NCBI RefSeq assembly: GCF_000019345.1
Contig: NC_010503.1
Span: 60,001-92,000, forward strand
Direction: 5' to 3'
Origin: Ureaplasma parvum serovar 3 str. ATCC 27815
GTDB taxonomy: Bacteria > Bacillota_I > Bacilli_A > Mycoplasmatales > Mycoplasmoidaceae
Length of the DNA stretch: 32,000 bases
Shown here: piece by piece, positions 23,106 through 32,000 of the stretch
Numbering within the stretch: position 1 is the first letter of the stretch
How the letters are laid out: each line of letters begins with the position of its first letter
Program-made: the position numbers and the translations under genes
Notes under the pieces: model-generated
What the model saw: the letters and a program-made list of their open reading frames with translations, nothing else
What the model was told of the DNA's origin: nothing
Database searches by the model: none

Positions 23106-23745
23106 TAATAATTAATTTATTAGTCTCTTCATAATCAAAATATTCTTTGCTAATGTGTGTTAAAATTAATAATTCTACTTTTAATGATGATGAAGTTAAT
23201 TTATTTAAAATAATTGGTGTGTTAAATTTAATATTTTCATCTTCTAAAATTGATTTTAATAAATTAATATTCTCATAATTAATTTGTGTTTTTACATTAA
23301 AAAAATCATCAAAACCAGAAAGAATTAATTGTTTACTAATATTAATGTTATTAGTATCGAATTGTTCTAAATCCATATTATTTGGTGTTATATAGTATGA
23401 TACTGCAATTATTTTTTTATTTTTAATTAAACTAAATTTAGTGATTGAATTAAACTTATTACCATGATATTCAAAATCAATTAGAAATTGTTCGTATTTA
23501 ATATTATCAATGGTTTTGTATAAATTAGCAAAAGCCTTGTTAGTAAAGTGATCAATACTTGAATAAACATAATAACCACTTCCTTTGATTGTTGTTACAA
23601 TGCCTAAAACTTTTAATACTTCATAAGCATTATGAATAGTGATTCGTCCACAATTAAAATAACTTGCTAGTTTATACTCACTAGGAATCAATTCATTTAT
23701 TTTATATTGATCCATAGCTATTTTTAAGATAATATAGCGAACAAT
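23101..23745 (-). CDS. GntR-family transcriptional regulator (start codon uncertain)
   Basis: wHTH pattern INELIPSEYKLASYFNCGRITIHNAYEVLKVLGIVTTIKGSGYYV; C-terminal UTRA-like half. The track's Met start (23715) cuts into helix 1; the frame is open upstream (YIVRYIILKIAMDQYK), suggesting a non-ATG start. Confidence 0.8.
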   Translation of the reverse strand: MVRYIILKIAMDQYKINELIPSEYKLASYFNCGRITIHNAYEVLKVLGIVTTIKGSGYYVYSSIDHFTNKAFANLYKTIDNIKYEQFLIDFEYHGNKFNSITKFSLIKNKKIIAVSYYITPNNMDLEQFDTNNINISKQLILSGFDDFFNVKTQINYENINLLKSILEDENIKFNTPIILNKLTSSSLKVELLILTHISKEYFDYEETNKLIIN

Positions 23746-23752
23746 GTAAGTT

Positions 23753-24409
23753 TTATTTGTCAGCGTTTTGTTTTGATTTGTTATTGTCTTGTATTTCCTT
23801 TATCTTTTTATCAAGTTCCATTTGTTCAGCTATTTTCTTACGAATATTAGCTTCAAGAATTGATAAATCACGATCAAATTTATCAACAATAAACGCTGTT
23901 GTTTTTTCTTCTAATAATGTTGATTTTGCAGCTTCTCATTGTGCTTTGTTTTCTTTAAAGTCACGAATTGATAAGTTTGTCTCTTCATAGTATGATTCAA
24001 GTATTTTTGTTAATTCTTCATCTTTAATTTCAATTGTAAATTCTTTTTGTAAATCTTGAAAAATTAGTGCTTTAGCGATGATTTTTTGTGCAATTTCATA
24101 AGCTAACTTTTCATCTTCAACACCAAATGCTTGTTTAATACGTGGTGCTAAATCTTTAATATCTTCTTCATTAACATCAATTTCATAAAAATCAGCAAGA
24201 TATGTCATTGCTTTATTAAACAAATTTTCACGAACAATAATGTTATGTAATTGTTGAGAACGTTGTTCTTCAGTTTGTTTTGCAAAAACTGTGTTAATTC
24301 TTTCTTTATGCATTTCTAATGCTTTAGGATCAACATTTAATTCTTCTAAAACAATTGTGTGTTTCCAATCAATCGGTTTTTTATTAACGATGGTACTTTT
24401 AAAATTCAT
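23753..24409 (-). CDS. Trigger-factor C-terminal/SurA-like chaperone-domain protein, 218 aa
   Basis: MNFKSTIVNKKPIDWKHTIVLEELNV...EFTIEIKDEELTKILESYYEETNLSIRDFKENKAQWEAAKSTLLEEKTTAFIVDKF resembles the Tig C-terminal helical domain. The frame extends past the TGA to TAA at 23753. Confidence 0.5.
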
Positions 24410-24499
24410 ATATTATTTCCTTTTAGTTATCAAATAAATCATGAGTTTAATACACGTATATTATAATATTTTAATTTATTTACTTTAATTACTAAAATA

Positions 24500-25375
24500 T
24501 TATTCACTATTTGATAAATAATCTTTAACTTTAATCTTATGAACAATTTTTTGATTATCAACAATATCAATTTGAGCATCAATGTTATAAACGTTTTTTA
24601 ATAACTCTTTAGTAATAACTTCATTTGGATTACCATTTGCATAGATTTGCCCATTTTTTAAGACAAAAACTTCATCACTATATTGAATAGCTTGATTAAT
24701 ATCATGTAAAATTGCAATAATTGTTTTTTGACGTAAAATTTGTAATTTTTTTAGTGATTCAAGTAATTCATATTGATTTTTAATATCTAAATATGTAGTT
24801 GGTTCATCTAATAAAATAATTGGAGTATCTTGAACTAAACACAATGCTAAAATAACTTTTTGGCGCTGACCACCAGATAATTCTTGCATAAATTTTTCTT
24901 TTAAATCGTGCAGTTGCATTTCATTAATTACTAAATCAATAATTAATTTATCTTCTTTTCCTAAAATACCACTAAATCCTAAATATGGATTACGACCAAA
25001 CGTAATAAAATCAATAACACGAGTGCCTTGGGGAATTTCAATACTTTGAGGAATGTAAGAAATTAATTGTGCTAATTGTTTAAAACTTAATTCATTAATG
25101 TTTCTATCAAACACTTTAATAATATTTTTTTTAAGTTTTAATAATTTAACAATCGCTTTCGCTGTTGTAGACTTACCACATCCATTTGGTCCTAAAATTG
25201 TTGTAAATGAATTTTTTTTAATACTAAATGATAAATTTTTTAAAACTTCAGGAAGTTTTTTGTGATATCTATAAGATAAATTATTAATAATTAAAGCGTC
25301 GTTTTTACTTGCATTAATAATTTGATTCCGATCTAATTGATGATTGCAAAAGTATTTAGCAAAAATTTTAAACAT
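24500..25375 (-). CDS. Iron/metal-chelate-type ABC transporter ATP-binding protein (FecE/FhuC-like)
   Basis: LGPNGCGKSTTAKAI, QLISYIPQSIEIP, VIDFITFGRNPYLG, LSGGQRQKVILAL, PIILLDEPTTYLDI, AILHDINQAI. Confidence 0.9.
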   Translation of the reverse strand: MFKIFAKYFCNHQLDRNQIINASKNDALIINNLSYRYHKKLPEVLKNLSFSIKKNSFTTILGPNGCGKSTTAKAIVKLLKLKKNIIKVFDRNINELSFKQLAQLISYIPQSIEIPQGTRVIDFITFGRNPYLGFSGILGKEDKLIIDLVINEMQLHDLKEKFMQELSGGQRQKVILALCLVQDTPIILLDEPTTYLDIKNQYELLESLKKLQILRQKTIIAILHDINQAIQYSDEVFVLKNGQIYANGNPNEVITKELLKNVYNIDAQIDIVDNQKIVHKIKVKDYLSNSE

Positions 25376-25379
25376 ATTT

Positions 25380-26450
25380 TTATTTTCCTCTCACAATTAG
25401 ATACATAAAATAAGGTGTAATAATTGTTGTTGATAAAAAACCAACTGGTACTTGTGTATTAAAATTAACCGAAATTAATAACGCAAAACACACTAAAGTT
25501 GCGCCGATTAAAAATGCTGCAAACATTGTAATACCTGTTCTATTACCAAATAATTGACGTGCAACGCTAGCGCCAATAACTCCTAATAAAGCTATATAAC
25601 CAACTAAAACAATTTCTAATCCTGCTAATAAAGCCACTAGTAAATAAATACTAATTTTTAAACGCTCAATATTAATTCCTGTTGTTGATGCTAAAGCAGC
25701 GCTTGTTTCGTATAAATCAATTTTTTTACGTAAAAATCAAATTGGAATCAATGTTAATGCAATTAATACTGAGCAAGAGATTACTAATGATAAATCAATA
25801 TATTGCGAATTTGGAATAATTCCTAAAGTATAATTTTTGATATTTTCAAAAGCAATCATTAAATTTTTATCTTGATTGGAGAACAATGAATTATTAGCAG
25901 GATTAATTAAAACCACGGAAATCGCTTCAAATAAAAAATTCAAAGCAATTCCGATAATAATAAATTTTTCATTATTAGCTCTTCCTAATTTTGATAATGT
26001 ATAAACAATACTTGTTCCAAAAATTGATGATAAAAACATCACCAAGGGTAAAATTCGCATTTCAGGATTTAAATAACTGCTTGTTTTATCTTTAATAAGA
26101 ATTAAATATACTGTCATTAAAATGATGTTTAATGAACCAATACCTAAAACTGACGTATCTGCTAAATGATTACGTGTAACTTTTTGTAATAATAATCCAG
26201 CTACAGCAATTGCTCCTCCTGAAAAAAAGGCCATTAAAGTTTTAGGACCACGAATATTAAAATTAAATTGATTGATCGATGCTTCAAAACCATTAGTGGT
26301 ATCAAAATAAATTGCTAATGTTAAAAAAACAAAACAAATGGCAATGAGAATTAGTCCTGCCATTTTAATGATTACAGATTGTTTATAATTAAGATTTTTA
26401 ATTAAATAAAAATGCTTTTGCTTTAAATTCGTTTTTTGATTAATTTTCAT
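25380..26450 (-). CDS. FecCD-family ABC transporter permease (356 aa)
   Basis: FFSGGAIAVAGLLLQKVTRNHLADTSVLGIGS near the N-terminus, GVIGASVARQLFGNRTG near the C-terminus, many TM segments. Frame continuous through TGA codons. Confidence 0.9.
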
Positions 26451-26468
26451 TGATTCTCGTTTTTTTTA

Positions 26469-28436
26469 TTATTTTTGGTTAACAAATGTTTTTCAATATG
26501 AACCCCAATCATTAGCTTCTTTTAACAATTGTTTATTTTGTTGGATTAATTGCGGATCAATTGTTTTATTAATAATTTTAATCACAGAATCTAAAATCAT
26601 ATTATATCCAATAGGTGATTTAATTCCATCATTTCATAATTCATAATTATCATCAAAAATACGCTTCGCTGGATCATCATAATCTGATTTAATTAATGAC
26701 ATGATTAATTCTTTTTGTGGTCTTGATAAATTATTACTATGAAAATCTTCTAAGTTTTGATAACTAATTTTAATTAAATAGTCGAACTCTGAATTAAATT
26801 TAGCAAAGTTACTAGCACTTAATGATCCCTCTCCTAAATTTCATCATCAACCATTATCATCCATATTAAATAGAGAACCAACAATGTTTTTATCAATTTG
26901 TGTCCCATCTTGATTATCACCACCAAAACAATGAATTTGTCCATTTCCGTGTCTATGACATAATAATTGTTTGCCGTTAACATCTTCTAATAATTCAGTC
27001 CATTCGTCCTTTTTTAAGATTGGTTTAGGTGCTTTAAACCCTAAATCATAATATAAAAAACCGTATTTAGATTGAGTTTGTAAAGTTGAAGAACCACTAT
27101 TTTGTGATGTAGTTAATAAGCCTAAAGTTTTGGAATTAGTATTATCAAATTGTTTTATATTAGGATTATAATTTTTATCAACAACGCCAATTGCTTGAAA
27201 ATACAAACGCATTTTGTTTAAGCGATTAATTAAATTATTAGCAATTTGATTAGCATTAAATAACGCTTTTTTTAATGGTTCTAATTTTGCTAAATTATCT
27301 TTAAAATCAATTTTTGCTTCTTCTGAGTATGCATATTTTGTTGTTGCATAAGCAATATCATATAAATAAAGCAATGAATCGCGCATTGTTCCTAAATAAA
27401 CCTGTGTACCTCCATCTCATCGCATATTTTGTTCATAAATAGGATGGTGTTGTAGAATTGATGTAACATAACTATCTTGTTTTGTAGTTGATAAAAAAGG
27501 ATCATAATTTAATTTATTTAATCCTGATTCCCTAACTTTTTTTGTTAACACAACTGTTTTAAATGCTTCATAAATTTTTGAATTTAATGATTTAGGATCT
27601 TTTCATTTTGTTTCAGTATAAAAAATAGGTATATCATTACCTTCTAAAATTCTTTTTTTAAAAGCTGAATTATTAAAATTAATACCATCAAATGTTTCAG
27701 CATTAAAATAGTTTTTGTTTAATTTATCAGCAAAATAGGAATAATTATAAAGTTCGTTTAATTCACCTTTTTCTTTATCCTTATACTCTAAACCTAACAA
27801 TAGACTTTTACGTAATAATGAGTTAGGATCGTTTTTAAAATTTAAAATGTCATTTTTATTTAAGGTTAAATAAAAATCACGACTCATTTTAAAATCAACA
27901 GGAATAGCAGTTTTTTGATTTGATATCGGGCCACCATGTGCAACTAATGTTTTTTTTGCACGTTCAAAATGACTATTATCAATCAAATAACGATCATAAT
28001 AAACAAGTTTGCCTTTATTTTTATTTCAATACTCTTCACTTACACCTTCGCCATAAGTATTGCCACTAAAGCTTCATCATGTAGTTCCATATTGTTTAAT
28101 ATTTTTTTCTAAATTAATTAATTTTTCTTTAAATTTATTAGCAAAATCGTCTTTTTCATAAAATCATTTTTGATAATTTGGTTTTTGGGGATTTAAATAA
28201 TCATAAGGTGAATTTTTCTTTCAATACATTTGTTGAGGATAATAATCAGGTGTAATTCCTAACGCTAATAAATTATCAGCCTGAGAAGTATAAGTTGGCA
28301 TTATATCGTATTTGATTTGCTCTTGAACGTTTGCAGATGTTTTTTTTGTACATGAACTAATAATTGTTGTTGTACCAATTACAATAGAAATTGTTGCCAA
28401 CATACTAATTAAATATTTTTTTGTTTTCTTATGCAT
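26469..28436 (-). CDS. Large lipoprotein, probable substrate-binding component of the FecCD/FecE-type transporter (655 aa)
   Basis: RBS AAGGA, then MHKKTKKYLISMLATISIVIGTTTIISSC with lipobox-like IISSC. Same strand and gap of 18 nt to the permease gene. The frame runs through many TGA codons (including three consecutive at 26841-26849) to TAA at 26469. Confidence 0.8.
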
Positions 28437-28668
28437 TTTTAGATCCTTAATTTTATTTATTTGAATTCTTATCAATTATAAATAAAACAACAATTATGGA
28501 TATAATTAAATTAATTAAATATCTAATTAATCAAAATTAATAATAAAAAATGGAATTAATAAAGCTTTTTTTAAAAAATAAAAGTTTTTAATTCAATTAA
28601 TATTTATATATAATAAAATAGAAGTCAAATTATGACTTGATAATAATTTTTATAACAAAAGGAAACTT

Positions 28669-29997
28669 ATGATTGAAGATTCCCAGGAAACGATCAGTAC
28701 TCAAGCAAATTTTAGCGTTGGCATTTTAGTAATATTAGCAATAATTACTCTTATTTTGATATGTTTTTCAGTCTTTTTTTCAGCAGCCGAAACTGCTATT
28801 ACCAGTGTCACAACCGTAAAATGAAAAACTGAAAGCAATAAAATTAAATCAAAAACAATTACTAATGTTGTTTATAAAATGATTAATAATTATACAATTA
28901 CCTTGGCAACCATTTTAATTGGTAACACATTAGTAAATACAGCATCATCAACAATCGCAGGTTTATTTTTTGCAGGTATAATGAAATCTTTTAGTACAAC
29001 AAGTAACGCTGAAGCTATTGGTACAGGAATTGCAACAGGAATTATAACTTTAATTGTTTTAATATTTGGCGAATTTATTCCTAAAAATTTTGCTAAGAAA
29101 AATCCGATTAAAGTTCTTAAATTAGTAGCTTATCCCTTAAATTGTTTCTATATACTTTTTTGGCCATTAACTTGATCTTTAAATCGAATTTTTAATAAAA
29201 AATCACAAAATATTATCACAGCCACTGAAGAAGAATTAAAATCGCTTATTGAAGTTATTCGTCATGAAGGAACTTTAGATAGTCAAGAAGCATTAATTAT
29301 TAATAAAGCAATTTTATTTGATGATATATTAATTAAACAAAAAATGGTTCCATGAACACAAGTTGTTAAAATTAATGAAAATAAAACTGTTCTTCAAAGT
29401 TTTGAAATTTTTAATTCAACTGGATTTTCGCGTTTGGTTGTAGTCAATAAAAACGATGAGGTTGTTGGTATTATTTATTTAAAAAAAATTATTAAATATC
29501 TTCTTAACGAACCTAATAAAATCATTAGAACTATCATGCAAACACCTTTATTAATAAACCAAAAAGATACATTATATGATGGTTTAAGAACAATGCAATT
29601 TCAAAGAATTCATTTAGGAATTGTTGTTGATAATATTACTGAAAAAAATCCTATAGGAATCATTACATTAGAAAACATTACTGAAGAATTAACTGGTAAT
29701 GTTTATGATGAAACTGATAATGAGAACGAAATAAAAGAAATTCAAATCGTTAATGAAACAACTTGACGTGTTGATGCTAAAACTAACGCTAAATTATTTT
29801 TACATCAATATATTGACAAAGATATTGAAGTTAACGATGATATTAGTATGGGCAAATATATTTCTAAAATTAATAAAAATCGCGCATTTAAAAACCGCCA
29901 ATTAATTAACACTCCTAATATGTATATTGAAACTTTTAAAGATGTAAGAACAAATCAATTTGCCTTTTTAATTGAAAAAAAGATTAATCAATCCTAA
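28669..29997 (+). CDS. DUF21/CBS-domain membrane protein (HlyC/CorC-like), 442 aa
   Basis: SVFFSAAETAITSV, LATILIGNTLVNTASSTIAGLFF, FGEFIPKNFAKKNP, then paired CBS-like region (TGFSRLVVVNKNDEVVGIIYLKK; IHLGIVVDNITEKNPIGIITLENITEELTGNVYDE) and C-terminal domain. Confidence 0.9.
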
Positions 29998-30003
29998 ACA
30001 ATG

Positions 30004-30040
30004 AGATAAAAAAACTAGTTTTTAAAAACTAGTTTTTTTA
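30004..30040. terminator. Bidirectional terminator between convergent genes
   Basis: aaaaaaactagtttttaaaaactagttttttt, self-complementary. Confidence 0.8.
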
Positions 30041-31007
30041 ATTTTAATTCTTCATACATTTCTTTAATACGAGAATTAAAATGATTTAAACCACTTTTTG
30101 AAATTTCAATATTAAACATCTGTTTTAATAAACAAGAAAGTTCATTTAATGAACAGTCTGGATTTTGTACTCGTAGTTCACAATACTTTAAAAATTTAGT
30201 ACTTTGTTTGCAAAATTCATCGTGGTTTTTTTTTATTTCTAAAATCATTTCTTTAGTCAAAACCCCTGCTTTAGAACTTTTAGAAAGGTTAGAAATATCT
30301 AAATTATTTAAACGTTGTTGTTGATTATTAAAATCACGTTGGATACGAATATTCTCAAATTCAAATAACGAATTTTGCGTACGGATCGCTTTTAAAAAAT
30401 CACTGATTATCTCTGATTTTTTAAAATAAACAATGGTTTTTTTATTACGATAAATAATTTTATATTCTAAACCATAACGGGCTAAAGCCTTTGTTAATAA
30501 TGGGATGTAATTATTTGAATCACAGCGAATTTCTAAATGATAGTTTTCAAGTGGGTGTGCAATTGAACCACCAGACAACATTGCACCAATTAAAAAATTT
30601 GAACAATAGCGGTCTTTATGAAAATTTTCATTATTCGCATCATCAAATAGTTTTAAAATTTCATCTAATTTATCCAAATCACCTCAAAGTAATAGCGAAT
30701 AATTAGTACGAGTTTTATTTAAATGGTCAGGCTCAAACATAATCTCATATTCAATATTTAAATTATTAAAATAATCTAAACCATTTAAAATAAATTCAAT
30801 AATTTGTAAATTTTGAGATTTAATAATTCAAGTTAGTTTTTGACCAATTTTAATGGTTAAATTATTACGAAAAAACGAATATAAAATAACTTTATAGTCT
30901 GTGGATGAATAATCAGTGTTAGTATAAATATCTTCTTTAACAAATTCACTAAACGTGAATTTGTTAGAATCATTATCAATTATTTCTTGTAATGTACTCT
31001 TTGGCAT
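30015..31007 (-). CDS. whiA: WhiA-family DNA-binding protein (330 aa)
   Basis: [27 protein letters not shown]; [21 protein letters not shown]; [40 protein letters not shown]. Frame continues 5' through TGA codons to ATG at 31007; adjacent to trxB. Confidence 0.88.
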
Positions 31008-31902
31008 AAAGTGCTGCAATGACTCCATCATTTGTAGCAGTCGCAATTTGTCGAACATTTTTATCAACAATATCACCGGCTGCAAAAATACCACAAACAC
31101 TAGTTTGCATATTTTTATCAGTTGTAATAAATCCGTTTACCTCATTAAAAATACATAAATTATTTGTATTAATTCTTGAAGGCAATAGGCCAATAAAAGT
31201 GAAATTAGCTTCAATATTTAGTGTAGTTACTTCGTTTGTGATTAAATCTCTAAATTTTAAACCTTCTAAAAACTGATGACCAAAAAATTCGAATGTTTGT
31301 TTATTGTAATAAATTTTTATATTAGGTGTGTTATTTGCAATTTGTACTAATTGTTGTTCTGCTTTAAATTGTGGTTTATTGGCAATTAAATGAACTTCTT
31401 TAGCAATTGTAGCTAAATATATGGCCTCTTCCACAGCAGAGTTACCAGATCCAATCACAGAGACAGCTTTATTTTTATAAAGTGGTCCATCACAAATAGC
31501 GCAATAACTAATTCCCTTGTTTTCAAATTCTAATTCACCTAAAATGTTTAACCGTCTATTTTCTGTTCCTGTTGCAATAATTACAGTTTTAGTAATTAAT
31601 GTTTGTGTAGTTAATTTAATTTTTTTATATTTTTCTTTTAAAGATATTTCATCAGCAGCTTCATAAATAATAGAAACATTTAAATTTAAGACTTGTTCGT
31701 ACATTTTATAAGCCAATTCAGGTCCTGGAATACTATTGATACCTAAATAATTTTCTACATTTGATGTTAATGCTATTTTTCCTCCTGGGAATTGTTTTTC
31801 AACAATGATCACATTTAATCCAGAACGTTTAGCATAAACAGCAGCAGCTAAACCGGCTGGACCTGCGCCAATGATTACTAAATCGTAAACTTCTTGATTC
31901 AT
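30976..31902 (-). CDS. trxB: Thioredoxin-disulfide reductase-like flavoprotein (308 aa)
   Basis: FAD site [19 protein letters not shown], redox-active CAIC in [16 protein letters not shown], second nucleotide site [40 protein letters not shown]. Confidence 0.93.
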   Translation of the reverse strand: MNQEVYDLVIIGAGPAGLAAAVYAKRSGLNVIIVEKQFPGGKIALTSNVENYLGINSIPGPELAYKMYEQVLNLNVSIIYEAADEISLKEKYKKIKLTTQTLITKTVIIATGTENRRLNILGELEFENKGISYCAICDGPLYKNKAVSVIGSGNSAVEEAIYLATIAKEVHLIANKPQFKAEQQLVQIANNTPNIKIYYNKQTFEFFGHQFLEGLKFRDLITNEVTTLNIEANFTFIGLLPSRINTNNLCIFNEVNGFITTDKNMQTSVCGIFAAGDIVDKNVRQIATATNDGVIAALYAKEYITRNN

Positions 31903-31920
31903 TTAAAATCCTTTTCTTTA

Positions 31921-32000
31921 TTATTTATGACAATAAAATAAAAATTCTTCTGGCTTTCTTAATTCTCCAAATTTATGAATTTGGTCTTTCTTTTTATAAA
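31921..32000 (-). CDS. 3' end of an upstream gene, possibly prolipoprotein diacylglyceryl transferase (lgt)
   Basis: Minus-strand open frame ending ...YKKKDQIHKFGELRKPEEFLFYCHK*; only ~25 residues visible, so identity rests on flavour of sequence and neighbourhood. Confidence 0.35.
   Translation of the reverse strand, partial: YKKKDQIHKFGELRKPEEFLFYCHK

Noticed and set aside
23757-23990. Plus-strand 77-aa ORF
   Set aside because: Antisense to the trigger-factor-like gene's 3' half, which has a continuous meaningful frame.
30491-31276. Plus-strand ORFs at 30491..30706, 30955..31158 and 31019..31276
   Set aside because: Antisense to whiA and trxB, both strongly supported.

Overview
The window is a chromosomal segment from a mollicute (Mycoplasma/Ureaplasma-like). 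It is very AT-rich, and UGA is read as Trp throughout, so most entries in the supplied ORF track are fragments of longer in-frame CDSs. Left end (1-6270): an operon-like array resembling the mycoplasma-specific F1-like/X0 ATPase cluster (gamma-like, epsilon-like, a ~720-aa protein with about 3 predicted TM segments, alpha-like, beta-like). Next: a ~1138-aa exported protein that appears to join a 5'-nucleotidase/metallophosphoesterase-like region to a DNase I/MnuA-like nuclease domain; secG-rnr-smpB; a heterodimeric ABC exporter pair with asymmetric NBD motifs; an orphan membrane-anchored protein; lysS. The minus-strand part then holds a nucleoside 2-deoxyribosyltransferase-like gene, a small TM/coiled-coil protein and pepF. 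A divergent phosphotransacetylase-like gene lies on the plus strand. Further right are a GntR-type regulator, a trigger-factor-like protein lacking the N-terminal domain, a FecCD/FecE-type ABC importer with an unusual 655-aa lipoprotein, a DUF21/CBS (HlyC/CorC-like) protein, whiA, trxB, and probably the 3' end of lgt. I saw no tRNA, rRNA, CRISPR array or transposon. The most interesting items are the F1-like/X0 cluster next to the composite nuclease, the atypical metal-type importer lipoprotein, the TrxB-like protein lacking the NADPH-binding HRRxxxR motif, and a ~195-nt unexplained intergenic region near 19.1-19.3 kb. All homology calls are from motif recognition by eye; no searches were run.
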